Below, piece after piece: positions 35,723-45,801 of a stretch of 64,000 nucleotides of DNA; the stretch's first letter is position 1, and each line of letters starts with the position of its first letter. The notes under the pieces are model-generated. The model saw nothing but the letters and a program-made list of their open reading frames with translations, had not been told where the DNA came from and made no database searches. The stretch is from positions 1,264 to 65,263 of the forward strand of contig JAZQBR010000203.1 of assembly GCA_045545855.1 (NCBI GenBank), written 5' to 3'. The translations under genes were made by a program, and so were the position numbers. Source of the stretch: Kiritimatiellia bacterium (lineage in GTDB: Bacteria; Verrucomicrobiota; Kiritimatiellia; RFP12; UBA1067).

Positions 35723-37069
35723 TCACAACACGCCCCCAGTCCCATACTTCGGCGGAAACCGCCACGCTTCCTGGGTGAATGGCCGGAATGGCACAACGCA
35801 CGGCAATTGCCTGAACTTCCGCGAACAGAGGGCCACGGCAAGGCCAAGAAGGACTTTGGTGCTGCCGCCACGCAGAATCGGTTGCGCCTCGCCTACGCCT
35901 GTAAGCGCCCATACGCCGAACAGCATCAATGCAAGCCGTCCCATCGTCCCCATGCGTACGCTACGCACCATGAGTCCAATGGCAAACAGCGCGAACAGCA
36001 GCGACCCGACATATCCCGACTGCCTGAATATCTGGAAATACACACTATGATAATTTCCTAGTACAATTTGTCCCGTCTCGGTAATGTCGACATATCCGCC
36101 AGAACCAAACCAACGCTCTCCCACCTTGGCAGAGTTGTAATAATTGATATACCAATCAATTCTTCCCGACGAGAACTGGTTTAGATCAGTGCCTTTCTCG
36201 TAGGAAAACACGCGCAGATTTGAGATAGAACTTGTAGTGAGCACAATCAGCAGACCGAGAAAAATCACAAGAACGCTGAAAATCGCCATGCGCTTCGCGC
36301 GGTTTCCGCCAGATTTGGCGAAGATGAAATACCATGCAATCGGCAGAAGTCCGAGACAGGCGTTTCGTGCACCAGTGCGTATAAGAAGAAGAGTCAAGAC
36401 GAGCACATTGACGACTCCGACTATCTTCATCCACTTCATCCGCGTATATTGCTGTTTGCCGAGCACATAGAGGAACAGATAAGGCAAAAGACCAATCATC
36501 GAAAGCCCGATCCAGTTCACGTTGCTCTTTCTGTCCGCTATGTCGGCAGAAAGACCTTCCACGTTCACTCCGGCGCGCATGTTCGCATCCATCGCTTCCG
36601 GCGAGAGACTGCCCGTCACAATATAGAAGAACGTAACAAGCGTGAAGCAAACCGCAGCAGCCCGCACGATGCGTTCCATCCCTCCAGGCGTTCGCAACGC
36701 CCACATGCCGACGAAATACCCTACGCTGATCAACTCAAACAGAATAATCAGATACTGCGAGAAGCAGATCATTGCGTATTTGCCGAAAAACATGCTTACG
36801 AGCATCCACCCCCAGAAAAGGAGAAACAACAGCAGAACGCCATTGCGACTGCACATTCTAAGCGAATAGCCGTCGGTCAGAAACGAAATCGCCAGATAGT
36901 AGAAAAGCACCCCGAAGAAGAATATTCGCGTCGGGACAAAAGGCGTTATGGCCGTCCATGTAAGCAATCCGGCAAGTACCCAAGGCGTGATTTTGTCACG
37001 AATCCTTTGCGGAATCGTTGCCTTGAATATCCAACTGAATATGATTTCCGCTATCAGTCTGCTAAACAT
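35723..37069 (-). CDS. wzy: O-antigen polymerase/ligase-like (Wzy family) polytopic membrane protein
   Basis: More than 10 TM helices and a large periplasmic loop with NYHSVYFQIFRQSGYVG (Wzy_C-like). 448 aa. Confidence 0.55.
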   Translation of the reverse strand: MFSRLIAEIIFSWIFKATIPQRIRDKITPWVLAGLLTWTAITPFVPTRIFFFGVLFYYLAISFLTDGYSLRMCSRNGVLLLFLLFWGWMLVSMFFGKYAMICFSQYLIILFELISVGYFVGMWALRTPGGMERIVRAAAVCFTLVTFFYIVTGSLSPEAMDANMRAGVNVEGLSADIADRKSNVNWIGLSMIGLLPYLFLYVLGKQQYTRMKWMKIVGVVNVLVLTLLLIRTGARNACLGLLPIAWYFIFAKSGGNRAKRMAIFSVLVIFLGLLIVLTTSSISNLRVFSYEKGTDLNQFSSGRIDWYINYYNSAKVGERWFGSGGYVDITETGQIVLGNYHSVYFQIFRQSGYVGSLLFALFAIGLMVRSVRMGTMGRLALMLFGVWALTGVGEAQPILRGGSTKVLLGLAVALCSRKFRQLPCVVPFRPFTQEAWRFPPKYGTGGVL

Positions 37070-38220
37070 CTGTCATGCCCTCCATCTACAAATCTGCACA
37101 GATTCTCCACGCCCATGCGAGAATTCCACTTGTCAACGATTTTGCAGGCGTTTTGCTTCATCCTCTCCAGAAGAGAATTGTCGCCCAATATTTCAGCAAG
37201 GTGACCGCACAGCTCGTCAGGATGCCGTGCCGCCACCTTAAAGCCGTTCACGCCGTCCTCGACCAATTCGGCAGCCCCGATTGCATTCGTGCATATCACG
37301 GGAAGACCCATGGACAACGCTTCGTTTACGACAAGCCCCCAGATGTCGCCCTCGCTCGGAAAGAGAAACACGTCCGCCGCCGAATAGTAGGACATCACTT
37401 CGCCGTATGGCATATCCTTGACAAAGTGAACCTTGATTGTCTTGAGCGACTTCAATATCGGCTCATGGGCACGCCATTCCCCTTGTCCGATCAAGACATA
37501 TTCGACATTGGCAGCAATATCTGGATGCGTTTTTTCCAACAGGGCCAAGGCGTTTGAAGCGTCTTCCAGACGCTTCAAACAGAGCCATCTACTGATTGTC
37601 AGGACAACCGTCTTCCCTTCTGAAATGCCAAGGCGTTTGCGTATCAGCATCCGCGCCGCCGCTCCTTTCTCCATGCGAAACTTCCCGAACGCATCGACGT
37701 CATGCGAAAAACAGGCGTTGATCATCTGCGCATTATGAAAGCCAAACTTGCCTGAATAACGCCGCCCCATTTCGCCAGGAGTGAACACACCGCAGCATCC
37801 TATTCGCCATAGGCGCTTCCAAAGCATTGCATCCTTTTGCCGTATTGCATCAACAAACCCTGCGTCATTCCATTTTACAACCTTGGCAAGACGCATAACC
37901 CCCAACAGCCACACGAGAAGCCAGTCGCCAGAATGTATGCCTGCACCAACCAAATGGACGCTGCCGCGTCGCTGCCGGAAAAATGTGCGAAGCATGTTCA
38001 CTGAGAATATACGTCCCAGAAAATGAAATGTCTTTTTAGCCACGACTACATCCATGCCGCCTAAAACTTCACTTGCCGGTTTCCAAGTCTTATGCTCAGG
38101 TCTATCCGTATAAAAAATGAACTGTGCATGGCGGAAGCTTCTGTCAAACATCTTAAACAGGTGCACCCGGTAAGGCGCTGCAACATTCGTATGCACATAC
38201 AAGTCGCGTTCTACATGCAT
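37054..38220 (-). CDS. Glycosyltransferase, GT4 family
   Basis: C-domain VFLFPSEGDIWGLVVNEALSMGLPVICTNAIGAAELVEDGVNGF. Confidence 0.7.
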   Translation of the reverse strand: MHVERDLYVHTNVAAPYRVHLFKMFDRSFRHAQFIFYTDRPEHKTWKPASEVLGGMDVVVAKKTFHFLGRIFSVNMLRTFFRQRRGSVHLVGAGIHSGDWLLVWLLGVMRLAKVVKWNDAGFVDAIRQKDAMLWKRLWRIGCCGVFTPGEMGRRYSGKFGFHNAQMINACFSHDVDAFGKFRMEKGAAARMLIRKRLGISEGKTVVLTISRWLCLKRLEDASNALALLEKTHPDIAANVEYVLIGQGEWRAHEPILKSLKTIKVHFVKDMPYGEVMSYYSAADVFLFPSEGDIWGLVVNEALSMGLPVICTNAIGAAELVEDGVNGFKVAARHPDELCGHLAEILGDNSLLERMKQNACKIVDKWNSRMGVENLCRFVDGGHDRCLAD

Positions 38221-39332
38221 AGCGCCTCCTTCAAATAGTCAATTCCGCATTGCCTAAACCGAACTGTTTCCATATCAACGGAATCCCAGTCGATGTGCTT
38301 CCCGGCTATGTCATCCAGCCTGTTCCCTTCTGCGACCACTCGCTCCATCAGCGAGCATCTCTCCATGATGGCAAAAGCCCTCGCATTCAACCCGCTGGTC
38401 GCTCCTGAGATCGGGATGTAGGCAAACGGGCGATGGAACAGCAGCGAAAACATGACGCCATGAAATGAATTCGTCACGACAAATGCCGCATTCCAAACAA
38501 AACCCAGCCACTGGACGGGCGTCGGGAAGCAGGCGTAATTCCTCGCCGCCCATATCTTACGCGGGAAGGGAATGCGCACAGCCAAATCTTTCCGCCTGGC
38601 AAATTCTTTGCAGGCGGAAAGAACGGAGATCGCGCCAGGATGCCCCAGATCATATCCAAACACATACGATCCATGTTCCCGGGGTGGCATTTCCGTTATC
38701 TGTCGCCATTCGTCCGCATCAAGCAGCAATGTAGGATCGGGCGCAAGAACGGCCTGAATGCCGCGTTCTCTCAAGAAATCGGCATTGCTCTGCTCTCGGC
38801 AGGATATCCGCTGGAATCCTCCGCACTTTATCCGCTCAACAACCGCATCCTTCCTGTCATAGCCGGTCAACGCCGCACCCGTGCTGGCGGCATAGACGAT
38901 CTTTCGAGAATGCGTTATCCCATCGCCGAAAAACACTTTCGCCATGACTGAATCAAGCCCTACCGCCCACGGACTCCAGATGTTATCGCTGCCGAACACA
39001 AGATAATCGGCATCATGCTTCATCTTAAGCGCCTTGGCGAAACTGCAGTGCTGTTTATTGCCATAGTCAAAATAGATCTGGCGAAACTTTTCAAATCCAT
39101 CATGCCATCGACTGCCACGCTCCCGGCAAAAGCGCTCAAGCTTCGAGCAAGTTCCACGCAGAGTCTTCGAGAAGACTCTGCGAACCCCTGTGTCTCGCGC
39201 TACTTCCATAGGAACAATGTGGGCAGCAATGCCAAGTCTGCGAAGCGCCGTCTGCAATGCGTAGGCCTGTAAGACTGTACCGTAATTGTCGTACCACTGG
39301 AACGTGATTATTTCGGCGGTCTTCATCTTCAT
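38211..39332 (-). CDS. Polysaccharide pyruvyl transferase family protein (WcaK/CsaB-like)
   Basis: N-terminal ITFQWYDNYGTVLQAYALQTAL matches the PS_pyruv_trans hallmark (Y..N.GA.LQAYAL). 373 aa. Confidence 0.7.
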   Translation of the reverse strand: MKMKTAEIITFQWYDNYGTVLQAYALQTALRRLGIAAHIVPMEVARDTGVRRVFSKTLRGTCSKLERFCRERGSRWHDGFEKFRQIYFDYGNKQHCSFAKALKMKHDADYLVFGSDNIWSPWAVGLDSVMAKVFFGDGITHSRKIVYAASTGAALTGYDRKDAVVERIKCGGFQRISCREQSNADFLRERGIQAVLAPDPTLLLDADEWRQITEMPPREHGSYVFGYDLGHPGAISVLSACKEFARRKDLAVRIPFPRKIWAARNYACFPTPVQWLGFVWNAAFVVTNSFHGVMFSLLFHRPFAYIPISGATSGLNARAFAIMERCSLMERVVAEGNRLDDIAGKHIDWDSVDMETVRFRQCGIDYLKEALCM

Positions 39333-40507
39333 AAGCGGACCATCCTTTTTAGTTTCCCCTCCATCCGTTTGAATAGGGTCGGGCGAGGATCAAGTTTCGC
39401 GCAGATATTGCGGACTGACATCCCCGCCTTGACAAGTTCGACCGTATTCGATCTGTTCGGCGGACGGCTCAACGATTCACACATGGAGGGATTTACTTTC
39501 AATGCCGTTTCCATGTTTGATTCGCGCCATATCGTATCGCCGACAATTTTCTTCCACATGGTGCGTCCTGATTCCGTATGGACGACAACAAGCGATACAC
39601 CCTTGTCATCGTCAAAATCGGGCATCGAGCGATGAACGTTCCAGAAATCGCCGAGCGTGACGTCTGCGCCGCTTCCACCGCCTTCCTTGGCGGCACAACG
39701 GTAACACGATTCACGCTGCCACAAATGGCTCATCATTGCTCGGTAGAACACGGCTGATTTCGTGCTGTTGCCATTCTCATCGACATATTGGACTCGAGCC
39801 GTCGAACGTGCACAACATCCAGCATTCCATCCGTTGTCCTTGTTGCGAAACACAACTTCGCCGTGTCCATTCCACCCGCATTCTTCTCCGGCGAGCGCAA
39901 GCGTCTTTGAAGAAAGGCATCCCATGCAGATTACCTCCGCAAGGAGAAGCCGTTTAGGCTTGCATCCGAGAAAAGCCAACAACCCGGCTATTTGGCACGG
40001 CGTTCCGGTAAACAATACGTCGCGGCCCTCGACAATACGTTCTTTCACACGTCCGTATATCGCCCCGGCAAACGCCTGTACGTACTTAGAACCTCGCATC
40101 GATGCTATTCCATTGGAATCCGTCGTCTGCGCATAAACGGCTTTGCCAGAAACGGCATCCCAGACCACGCCGAAAACAACCCCGCCATTTCGCAAAGTCT
40201 CCTCCGCCATCAGAGAAAACACACCACCAGAAGAACTCTTCAGGCGCAATAAATCGTCGTTAGCCTTAACGGCATATACATGACATGGGGCATCTGCGGT
40301 TTCGTTCTGAGTCGGAGGTTTGTGCAGAACCGGGCAAGACTTTGCGCATCGCCCGCAATTGATGCAACGGCTTTCATCGATGGCTGGATAGGCAAACCCC
40401 AGTTCATCTTCAACCCACTTGGTTGCAGCTTGCGGACATACAGCAGAACAGACCCCGCATCCTGTGCAGTGCAGATTGTCGGCAAGTTGTATCGTCGTTT
40501 TGTTCAT
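39329..40507 (-). CDS. Coenzyme F420 hydrogenase/dehydrogenase beta-subunit-like Fe-S protein (usual partner of pyruvyl transferases)
   Basis: Two 4Fe-4S ferredoxin motifs (CTGCGVCSAVCP and CINCGRCAKSCP) in the N-terminus. About 390 aa from MNKTTIQLAD. Overlaps the pyruvyl transferase start. Confidence 0.55.
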   Translation of the reverse strand: MNKTTIQLADNLHCTGCGVCSAVCPQAATKWVEDELGFAYPAIDESRCINCGRCAKSCPVLHKPPTQNETADAPCHVYAVKANDDLLRLKSSSGGVFSLMAEETLRNGGVVFGVVWDAVSGKAVYAQTTDSNGIASMRGSKYVQAFAGAIYGRVKERIVEGRDVLFTGTPCQIAGLLAFLGCKPKRLLLAEVICMGCLSSKTLALAGEECGWNGHGEVVFRNKDNGWNAGCCARSTARVQYVDENGNSTKSAVFYRAMMSHLWQRESCYRCAAKEGGGSGADVTLGDFWNVHRSMPDFDDDKGVSLVVVHTESGRTMWKKIVGDTIWRESNMETALKVNPSMCESLSRPPNRSNTVELVKAGMSVRNICAKLDPRPTLFKRMEGKLKRMVRL

Positions 40508-40526
40508 GACTGTAAACCGCTTCTCT

Positions 40527-41807
40527 TCAACTCTCCAGCAACGATACCTTGCGGTTACCATGCGTAAGCAAATTCAGCAGATGGATGAAACGCATTTTCC
40601 ATTTCCTGTACCATAAAATGCGTGGCAGATGATGTGCGACAAAGAAACCCTCGCCTCTGCGCAGTTCGCGGATGAGGCGGTCATAATTCTCTTTCGTCTC
40701 AAATTGTCGTGCATGTTCTTCAGCATAGGGGAGCAGATTGCCACCATCATCTTTCTCCAGTACGGCAAAGAACGACCTCCACCTCCCGCTGAGATTCAAT
40801 GACGTGGCTTTTTCCGTCACGGATTGCCGAGCCGCACTTCCCAGCTTTAAAATCCGTTCTGGATTCTTTAGCAGCGCAATTGTTGCATCGGCAAGTTTCT
40901 TGGCATCATCTGCAAGCACCACACCGTCCGAATCGGACAGCCCTTCCAAAACAGGCATCCGCAAAGCCACGGTCGGCACACCGCAAGCTTGCGCCTCAAG
41001 AATTACCTGCGGTACGGTTACTTCCAGCAAGGACGTGAAAATGTGCAACGCGGACTTGCCTAGTCTATCTCGCACGTTCGGTTCATATCCAACAATGTCT
41101 ATCACCTTGCGCACTTCTGCAGGGACGAAAGCAAGATACCGATTCTTCTGTTTAGGCGTAATGGTACCCAAGACTGTCAGTCGTGCATCAGGGCATTGTT
41201 CGTAGATTAGGACAAATGCCTCCAACGCCAGCTGAAAACGCTTGGCTTCATCCGTCGGCCGTCCAACCCAGACAATATTTCTGCCATGCCCGTAAGAATG
41301 TATGCCCTGCATTTCGTCCGCGACTGGATTTGGGATAAAGAACGTCTCGCGCTTGACACGCCGCCACCATATCGCCTGCATCGGGTCGACGCAAACAAGA
41401 GCGTCAATCATCGGCATATAGGCATCCATGTCATAATCGGAATGATTGCAAAGCGAGTACGTCCAGTTGTTCACCACATGGTGCAGAATTACGCAGACAC
41501 GAACATTTTTTAGCGTATGAACCAATTTTATGGCATTTTTGAACCGAGGTATCGCCCATGAGCCATTGAAAACCGCGATGTCAAATCCATATTTCTGGTG
41601 TAAGACACCAATTGTCTTGGCATCCAGCCGCTCATAATCAAGATGTTCCCGTGCGATGCACGAATGGTCAAATTCACCATCAAACTTCGGCTGCATCGTG
41701 AAGAACACGCATTTCATCCCCAATGTCGACCAGAGGCGCGAAAGCGTGGTTATGACACGTTCCGTTCCTCCATTATGCAGACAGCGGGTAAAGATCGCTA
41801 CGTTCAT
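40527..41807 (-). CDS. Glycosyltransferase, GT4 family
   Basis: MNVAIFTRCLHNGGTERVITTL... N-domain and ...LEVTVPQVILEAQACGVPTVALRMPVLEG C-domain. Confidence 0.7.
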   Translation of the reverse strand: MNVAIFTRCLHNGGTERVITTLSRLWSTLGMKCVFFTMQPKFDGEFDHSCIAREHLDYERLDAKTIGVLHQKYGFDIAVFNGSWAIPRFKNAIKLVHTLKNVRVCVILHHVVNNWTYSLCNHSDYDMDAYMPMIDALVCVDPMQAIWWRRVKRETFFIPNPVADEMQGIHSYGHGRNIVWVGRPTDEAKRFQLALEAFVLIYEQCPDARLTVLGTITPKQKNRYLAFVPAEVRKVIDIVGYEPNVRDRLGKSALHIFTSLLEVTVPQVILEAQACGVPTVALRMPVLEGLSDSDGVVLADDAKKLADATIALLKNPERILKLGSAARQSVTEKATSLNLSGRWRSFFAVLEKDDGGNLLPYAEEHARQFETKENYDRLIRELRRGEGFFVAHHLPRILWYRKWKMRFIHLLNLLTHGNRKVSLLES

Positions 41808-42004
41808 TTACTTCTCTCGTTTTTCAATCTACATATTGCGCCAGAGCAACAACTAACGACAAGCGCCTTGGCTAAACGATCGCTACGGCTGGCGTTTCTA
41901 TGACATGGCGTCAAAGACACAATGCCACAAGGCTTGCTCAAAGGGTGCGCAGGGTTTGTGGTAAAGGGTACGCAGGTTTTACATCAAACACTGCGCAGGG
42001 ATAG

Positions 42005-43714
42005 TCAATTGTTTAGGGCTTCCATCTTCGGCTTTATGCGCTTCCAATGGCGGTTGACGACATTTGTAAACGTGTGAAGATTCTTGTACGCCCCGCGATT
42101 GGGATGTTCGGACTTCCAGCCGTCGTACACCTGTTTTGCAATGGCATTGACGTCAATGCCGCCAGGGTTTTTCTTTGCCTTTTCTTCAAGCTTGTCCATC
42201 GCGAACTTAAGCATTTCAGGATACTTGACCATCGGTCCCCGCCTTTTGGAATCAACCTGGGATGGCGTATCTTGCTCTGCCTTGATGAACTTGATGTCCT
42301 TGCCTTGCTGAAGCTGGGTGCGCCGTATCATGTCCTGCTTGTCGGCCATGCGGGAAACCATTGCATGGGTCTTGAAGCAAATCTCCGCAATCTCAGGATC
42401 TATTGCCGATCCGACGGAACTGTTGCCGAGAGACGGTTCTTTGCCCCTCGCATGAAGCCCGTTTTCATAATATCCAAGGCTCAAGTCAAACTCCGTCATG
42501 CTGCCCATGAATCTGTCATAGGCATCGCCGACAGGCTCCATCATGAAATACCCTTGCCCGACGACTCCCATCATCTTTCCAAAATAGCCGTTGCAACTGC
42601 ATTGCAACGAACGCAGCCACGACAACACTTCCGCAGGGAGATTGAAGTGCTCAAGCAATTCAAGGAGGTTGGAGAAAAGACCATGCGCGCTTTCGACAAG
42701 GTTCCCGTGCATTGATGAGAAGTCATTATCCATCTCATAGAAAGAAGCGTGCAACACCTCTATTGCCCTGCGCAAGAAGGAACACTTGTCAAACACATTG
42801 AACAGACGAATCTTGGGAATCTGCAAGTCCTCGCCTCTAAAGAACTTTTCCGTATTCTTTACGTCCTCAATGGCAAGACATGTCGAGAACTGCAAAACTA
42901 TTGCCGACAGCTCCATGCAACGGATTGCCGCATCGCCGCTGAACTCCGCTTCAAGCAGCCGCTCTTCAACCATTGCATAGCGATTTGAATGTGGCGTTTC
43001 CCGTAAGCGATTCTTGCGGAAATCATCAAAAGAACCGTATGCATAGGCAGAATCCAGTTCATCCTCATAGTCTCGCATGGCTTTGTTCATCTTGCCAAGC
43101 GACTCGTTTACGACGAATGCCCACACTCTGAAAATGATGGGGACTTCGCTCTCATGCACCCATTCCCATTCGCAGAACAGCGTGACAAGAAACCGCAAAT
43201 GGCAGAATGCCCTCCTGATCATGGACGGCGGATACCAATATCCAAGCCACATTTGCAATTCCTGAAGCAAAGAATCGGTCAACATATAAAGCCGATTGGG
43301 ATTGTCTGCGTAACGCTTTTTCGCAATTTGAAACTCCGCTTGCGACGATTCATCGGCGAGAAGCCATATCGCCTTGCCAACAATCCCCTGCGGAGCGAAC
43401 AAATCACTTGGGCGTTCCTCTCCCATATTAAACGGCCCCGCGCCAACAAGCGGTCTATGCGCCGTCAAAAGATTCTCCTCGAAACTGCGCAGAACGGCAA
43501 GCGCAAAACCTTCCAACCCGTGTTTCGCCACACCGCCGCCGGTTTTGCAGCAGGAGTTTATTCCAGCCCGCAACTTGGCAAAATCCGAATCCGCAGACCG
43601 AATCGTCCTCTCGAACGCAGTCACGCCAGCCGGCTCCATGTCCGTAGCAATCATTTTACAGTCATGTCGGCAAGTGCGGCCCGACATAGCCGATGTATAA
43701 CTTCTTGGCGTCAA
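42005..43714 (-). CDS. Hypothetical protein (569 aa), last gene of a four-gene defence-like operon
   Basis: Long ORF with coding composition and no recognised motif. Overlaps the upstream gene by ~50 bp. Confidence 0.5.
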   Translation of the reverse strand: MTPRSYTSAMSGRTCRHDCKMIATDMEPAGVTAFERTIRSADSDFAKLRAGINSCCKTGGGVAKHGLEGFALAVLRSFEENLLTAHRPLVGAGPFNMGEERPSDLFAPQGIVGKAIWLLADESSQAEFQIAKKRYADNPNRLYMLTDSLLQELQMWLGYWYPPSMIRRAFCHLRFLVTLFCEWEWVHESEVPIIFRVWAFVVNESLGKMNKAMRDYEDELDSAYAYGSFDDFRKNRLRETPHSNRYAMVEERLLEAEFSGDAAIRCMELSAIVLQFSTCLAIEDVKNTEKFFRGEDLQIPKIRLFNVFDKCSFLRRAIEVLHASFYEMDNDFSSMHGNLVESAHGLFSNLLELLEHFNLPAEVLSWLRSLQCSCNGYFGKMMGVVGQGYFMMEPVGDAYDRFMGSMTEFDLSLGYYENGLHARGKEPSLGNSSVGSAIDPEIAEICFKTHAMVSRMADKQDMIRRTQLQQGKDIKFIKAEQDTPSQVDSKRRGPMVKYPEMLKFAMDKLEEKAKKNPGGIDVNAIAKQVYDGWKSEHPNRGAYKNLHTFTNVVNRHWKRIKPKMEALNN

Positions 43715-44645
43715 AATCAGGCAGAAAATGCATTCTTTCTTTGATATTCAATCTCAAATGGGGCCAACAATCGCGGCGCACTCCATTCCAATGGAATGTA
43801 CGGGAATTGGGATATTGATGTTTTGTTGAATCGCTCTCATCCATTATCAAAGACTTTGTCGAACCGTATTCTTTCCGCAAATCGCGAGATCCGCCATTCA
43901 GGCATATCTCAAATGCAGAATGCAATCTTATCAGGTCGCCGACCAGATGCCCGTTGGCTACATCAAAAGCAGGCAATTGCGCTATCACTTCGTCAGAAAA
44001 CGACAGATACGGCCACAAGTTTTCGCAGACATCCAATATTGCCTGTCCGGAATGAACTTCTTTGACAATCCTTTGGGTTACAGGATCGCTAAATAATTCT
44101 GCTCCCGCCCCAGTGGCAACGACATCGACAGCCTCCTGCCTTATGTCAATTTCGCCACTCTCGAGCAACTCGTGCTTTTCGAGCAAAAACCCGCCCCCCA
44201 TGGAAAAGCGTCCGACATTGAGAGCAATGGACGGCAAGCGATTTAGATACGACAACAAGAATGCAGGTATATATGTTGATCCGCCGCCATATATCTGCTC
44301 GCCTTCAAAAAACAAATCAAAATCGCAATAGCCGACAAAAGAATCCGGAGCCTCTTCGAACGCAGGCGTTTTTGACATTGCAATCTTGAAGAAGCCCTTG
44401 AGCATTCGTTCTTGCGAATTCAATGCATTTTTGTCAAACAGCCACTTTCGAAATGTAGTTCCCGAATAACACACCCGTTCATATATGCCATGCGATTTGG
44501 CTACAGCGTACGAAAAACCGATTCTATTCATGGCGTCCATCACACACTTAAGCTCCTGCATCCTGGACAGAAACTCTTCGTGCGAGACACAAGCCACAAA
44601 GGACAACTCATTCAAAATCTGAGGATATGGAATCCTTAACGCCAT
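43662..44645 (-). CDS. Hypothetical protein (327 aa)
   Basis: Long ORF, 17 bp downstream of the ATPase gene. Gly-rich loops (YGGGSTYIP, SMGGGF). No family recognised. Confidence 0.5.
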   Translation of the reverse strand: MALRIPYPQILNELSFVACVSHEEFLSRMQELKCVMDAMNRIGFSYAVAKSHGIYERVCYSGTTFRKWLFDKNALNSQERMLKGFFKIAMSKTPAFEEAPDSFVGYCDFDLFFEGEQIYGGGSTYIPAFLLSYLNRLPSIALNVGRFSMGGGFLLEKHELLESGEIDIRQEAVDVVATGAGAELFSDPVTQRIVKEVHSGQAILDVCENLWPYLSFSDEVIAQLPAFDVANGHLVGDLIRLHSAFEICLNGGSRDLRKEYGSTKSLIMDESDSTKHQYPNSRTFHWNGVRRDCWPHLRLNIKERMHFLPDFDAKKLYIGYVGPHLPT

Positions 44646-44661
44646 CTATAAACCCTGAATA

Positions 44662-45801
44662 TCAAATCAACTCGGCAATCGTATTCTCGTATTCATCAAA
44701 GAACCCCTCCGGCCAAACATCTATCGCGCCCGACTGAAGTATGCGCGGAGTGGCGATTTCGACATCCCTCTCGCTATCGCCCTTGGCGACAAAATTCAAT
44801 CTGACATCCGTGCCGCGCACGATGTCCTTCTTCACGGCAAGCCTCATGCCATTCAAAATATGATCGCTATGCGTCTCTACAACAACCTGTATGCCATTTG
44901 CCGCAACTTTTGAAAGGAACATTCCCATGGCTACCTGTCCCTTAGGATGAAGATGCGCCTCTGGATTTTCAATCAGCGCCAGACCTCCTTTCGGCAATGC
45001 AAGCAGAGCGACAAATATGGGGAGCGAATATGTCAATCCAAAACCTACATTTGAGGGACTATAGTCCAGTCCATAACCGTCTTCGCCCTCAAGAAAGGAA
45101 AAGGCCAGCCATGCACTCTGCTGCCGTTCGTTCATATCGGCAGACACTCTCATCTGCCGTCCCATCTTGCTCATCCATGCAGACACTTGCTGGATGAGCG
45201 AGTCGCCGTAAATGCCGTCCTGATCTGCAAGCAATTCCGGTATATGGAGTTTCGACAACTGTCTGTCGGCGAGATGCCATGCGCAAAACTCTCCCTGATT
45301 GCCAAGAAAGTTAAGGCGGGCCTCTTCCGGCGTTGGTGCTTTGAAGTTCGTCCGAGGACCGACTCGATCAGCGCACAGGTAGGCGAAATCTTCTGAGAAC
45401 AGGGGAAGCGACCTGTCTGTCGCCGACAACGTCTCGATTTCAAGAATCTGCTTCTGGATACGCATAGGCGCGTCGGTTTCATGCCGATACGCAGACAATT
45501 CCGCTTGTGCGGCCCCGCAATCGAACTCCACTGAAACCGCCACATTGCCATGTGCGCTGTTTATTCTGCCATAGGCATACAACAAATCATCGACCTGTCC
45601 GAACGAAACAAGACGCCCGTTTACAGGAAGCAGGGAATCGCCTTCGCGCCGTTCAAGCATCGACTGCCGCAAAAACAACAAGGCCTGCAACACCGTGCTC
45701 TTTCCTACTGCATTCATGCCAGCGAAAACGGTCAATGGAGCAAAATCCAATTCCGCCTCACGATAACATTTGAAGTTGCGCAGCTTAAGCTTGCTAACCA
45801 T
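44662..45801 (-). CDS. AAA_15/AAA_21-type ATPase (SMC/ABC-like split Walker motifs; DUF3696-like C-terminus)
   Basis: Walker A AGMNAVGKSTVLQAL. Walker B/H-loop LALIENPEAHLHPKGQ...VVVETHSDHIL. Overlaps the DUF262 gene by 8 bp. Confidence 0.7.
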   Translation of the reverse strand: MVSKLKLRNFKCYREAELDFAPLTVFAGMNAVGKSTVLQALLFLRQSMLERREGDSLLPVNGRLVSFGQVDDLLYAYGRINSAHGNVAVSVEFDCGAAQAELSAYRHETDAPMRIQKQILEIETLSATDRSLPLFSEDFAYLCADRVGPRTNFKAPTPEEARLNFLGNQGEFCAWHLADRQLSKLHIPELLADQDGIYGDSLIQQVSAWMSKMGRQMRVSADMNERQQSAWLAFSFLEGEDGYGLDYSPSNVGFGLTYSLPIFVALLALPKGGLALIENPEAHLHPKGQVAMGMFLSKVAANGIQVVVETHSDHILNGMRLAVKKDIVRGTDVRLNFVAKGDSERDVEIATPRILQSGAIDVWPEGFFDEYENTIAELI

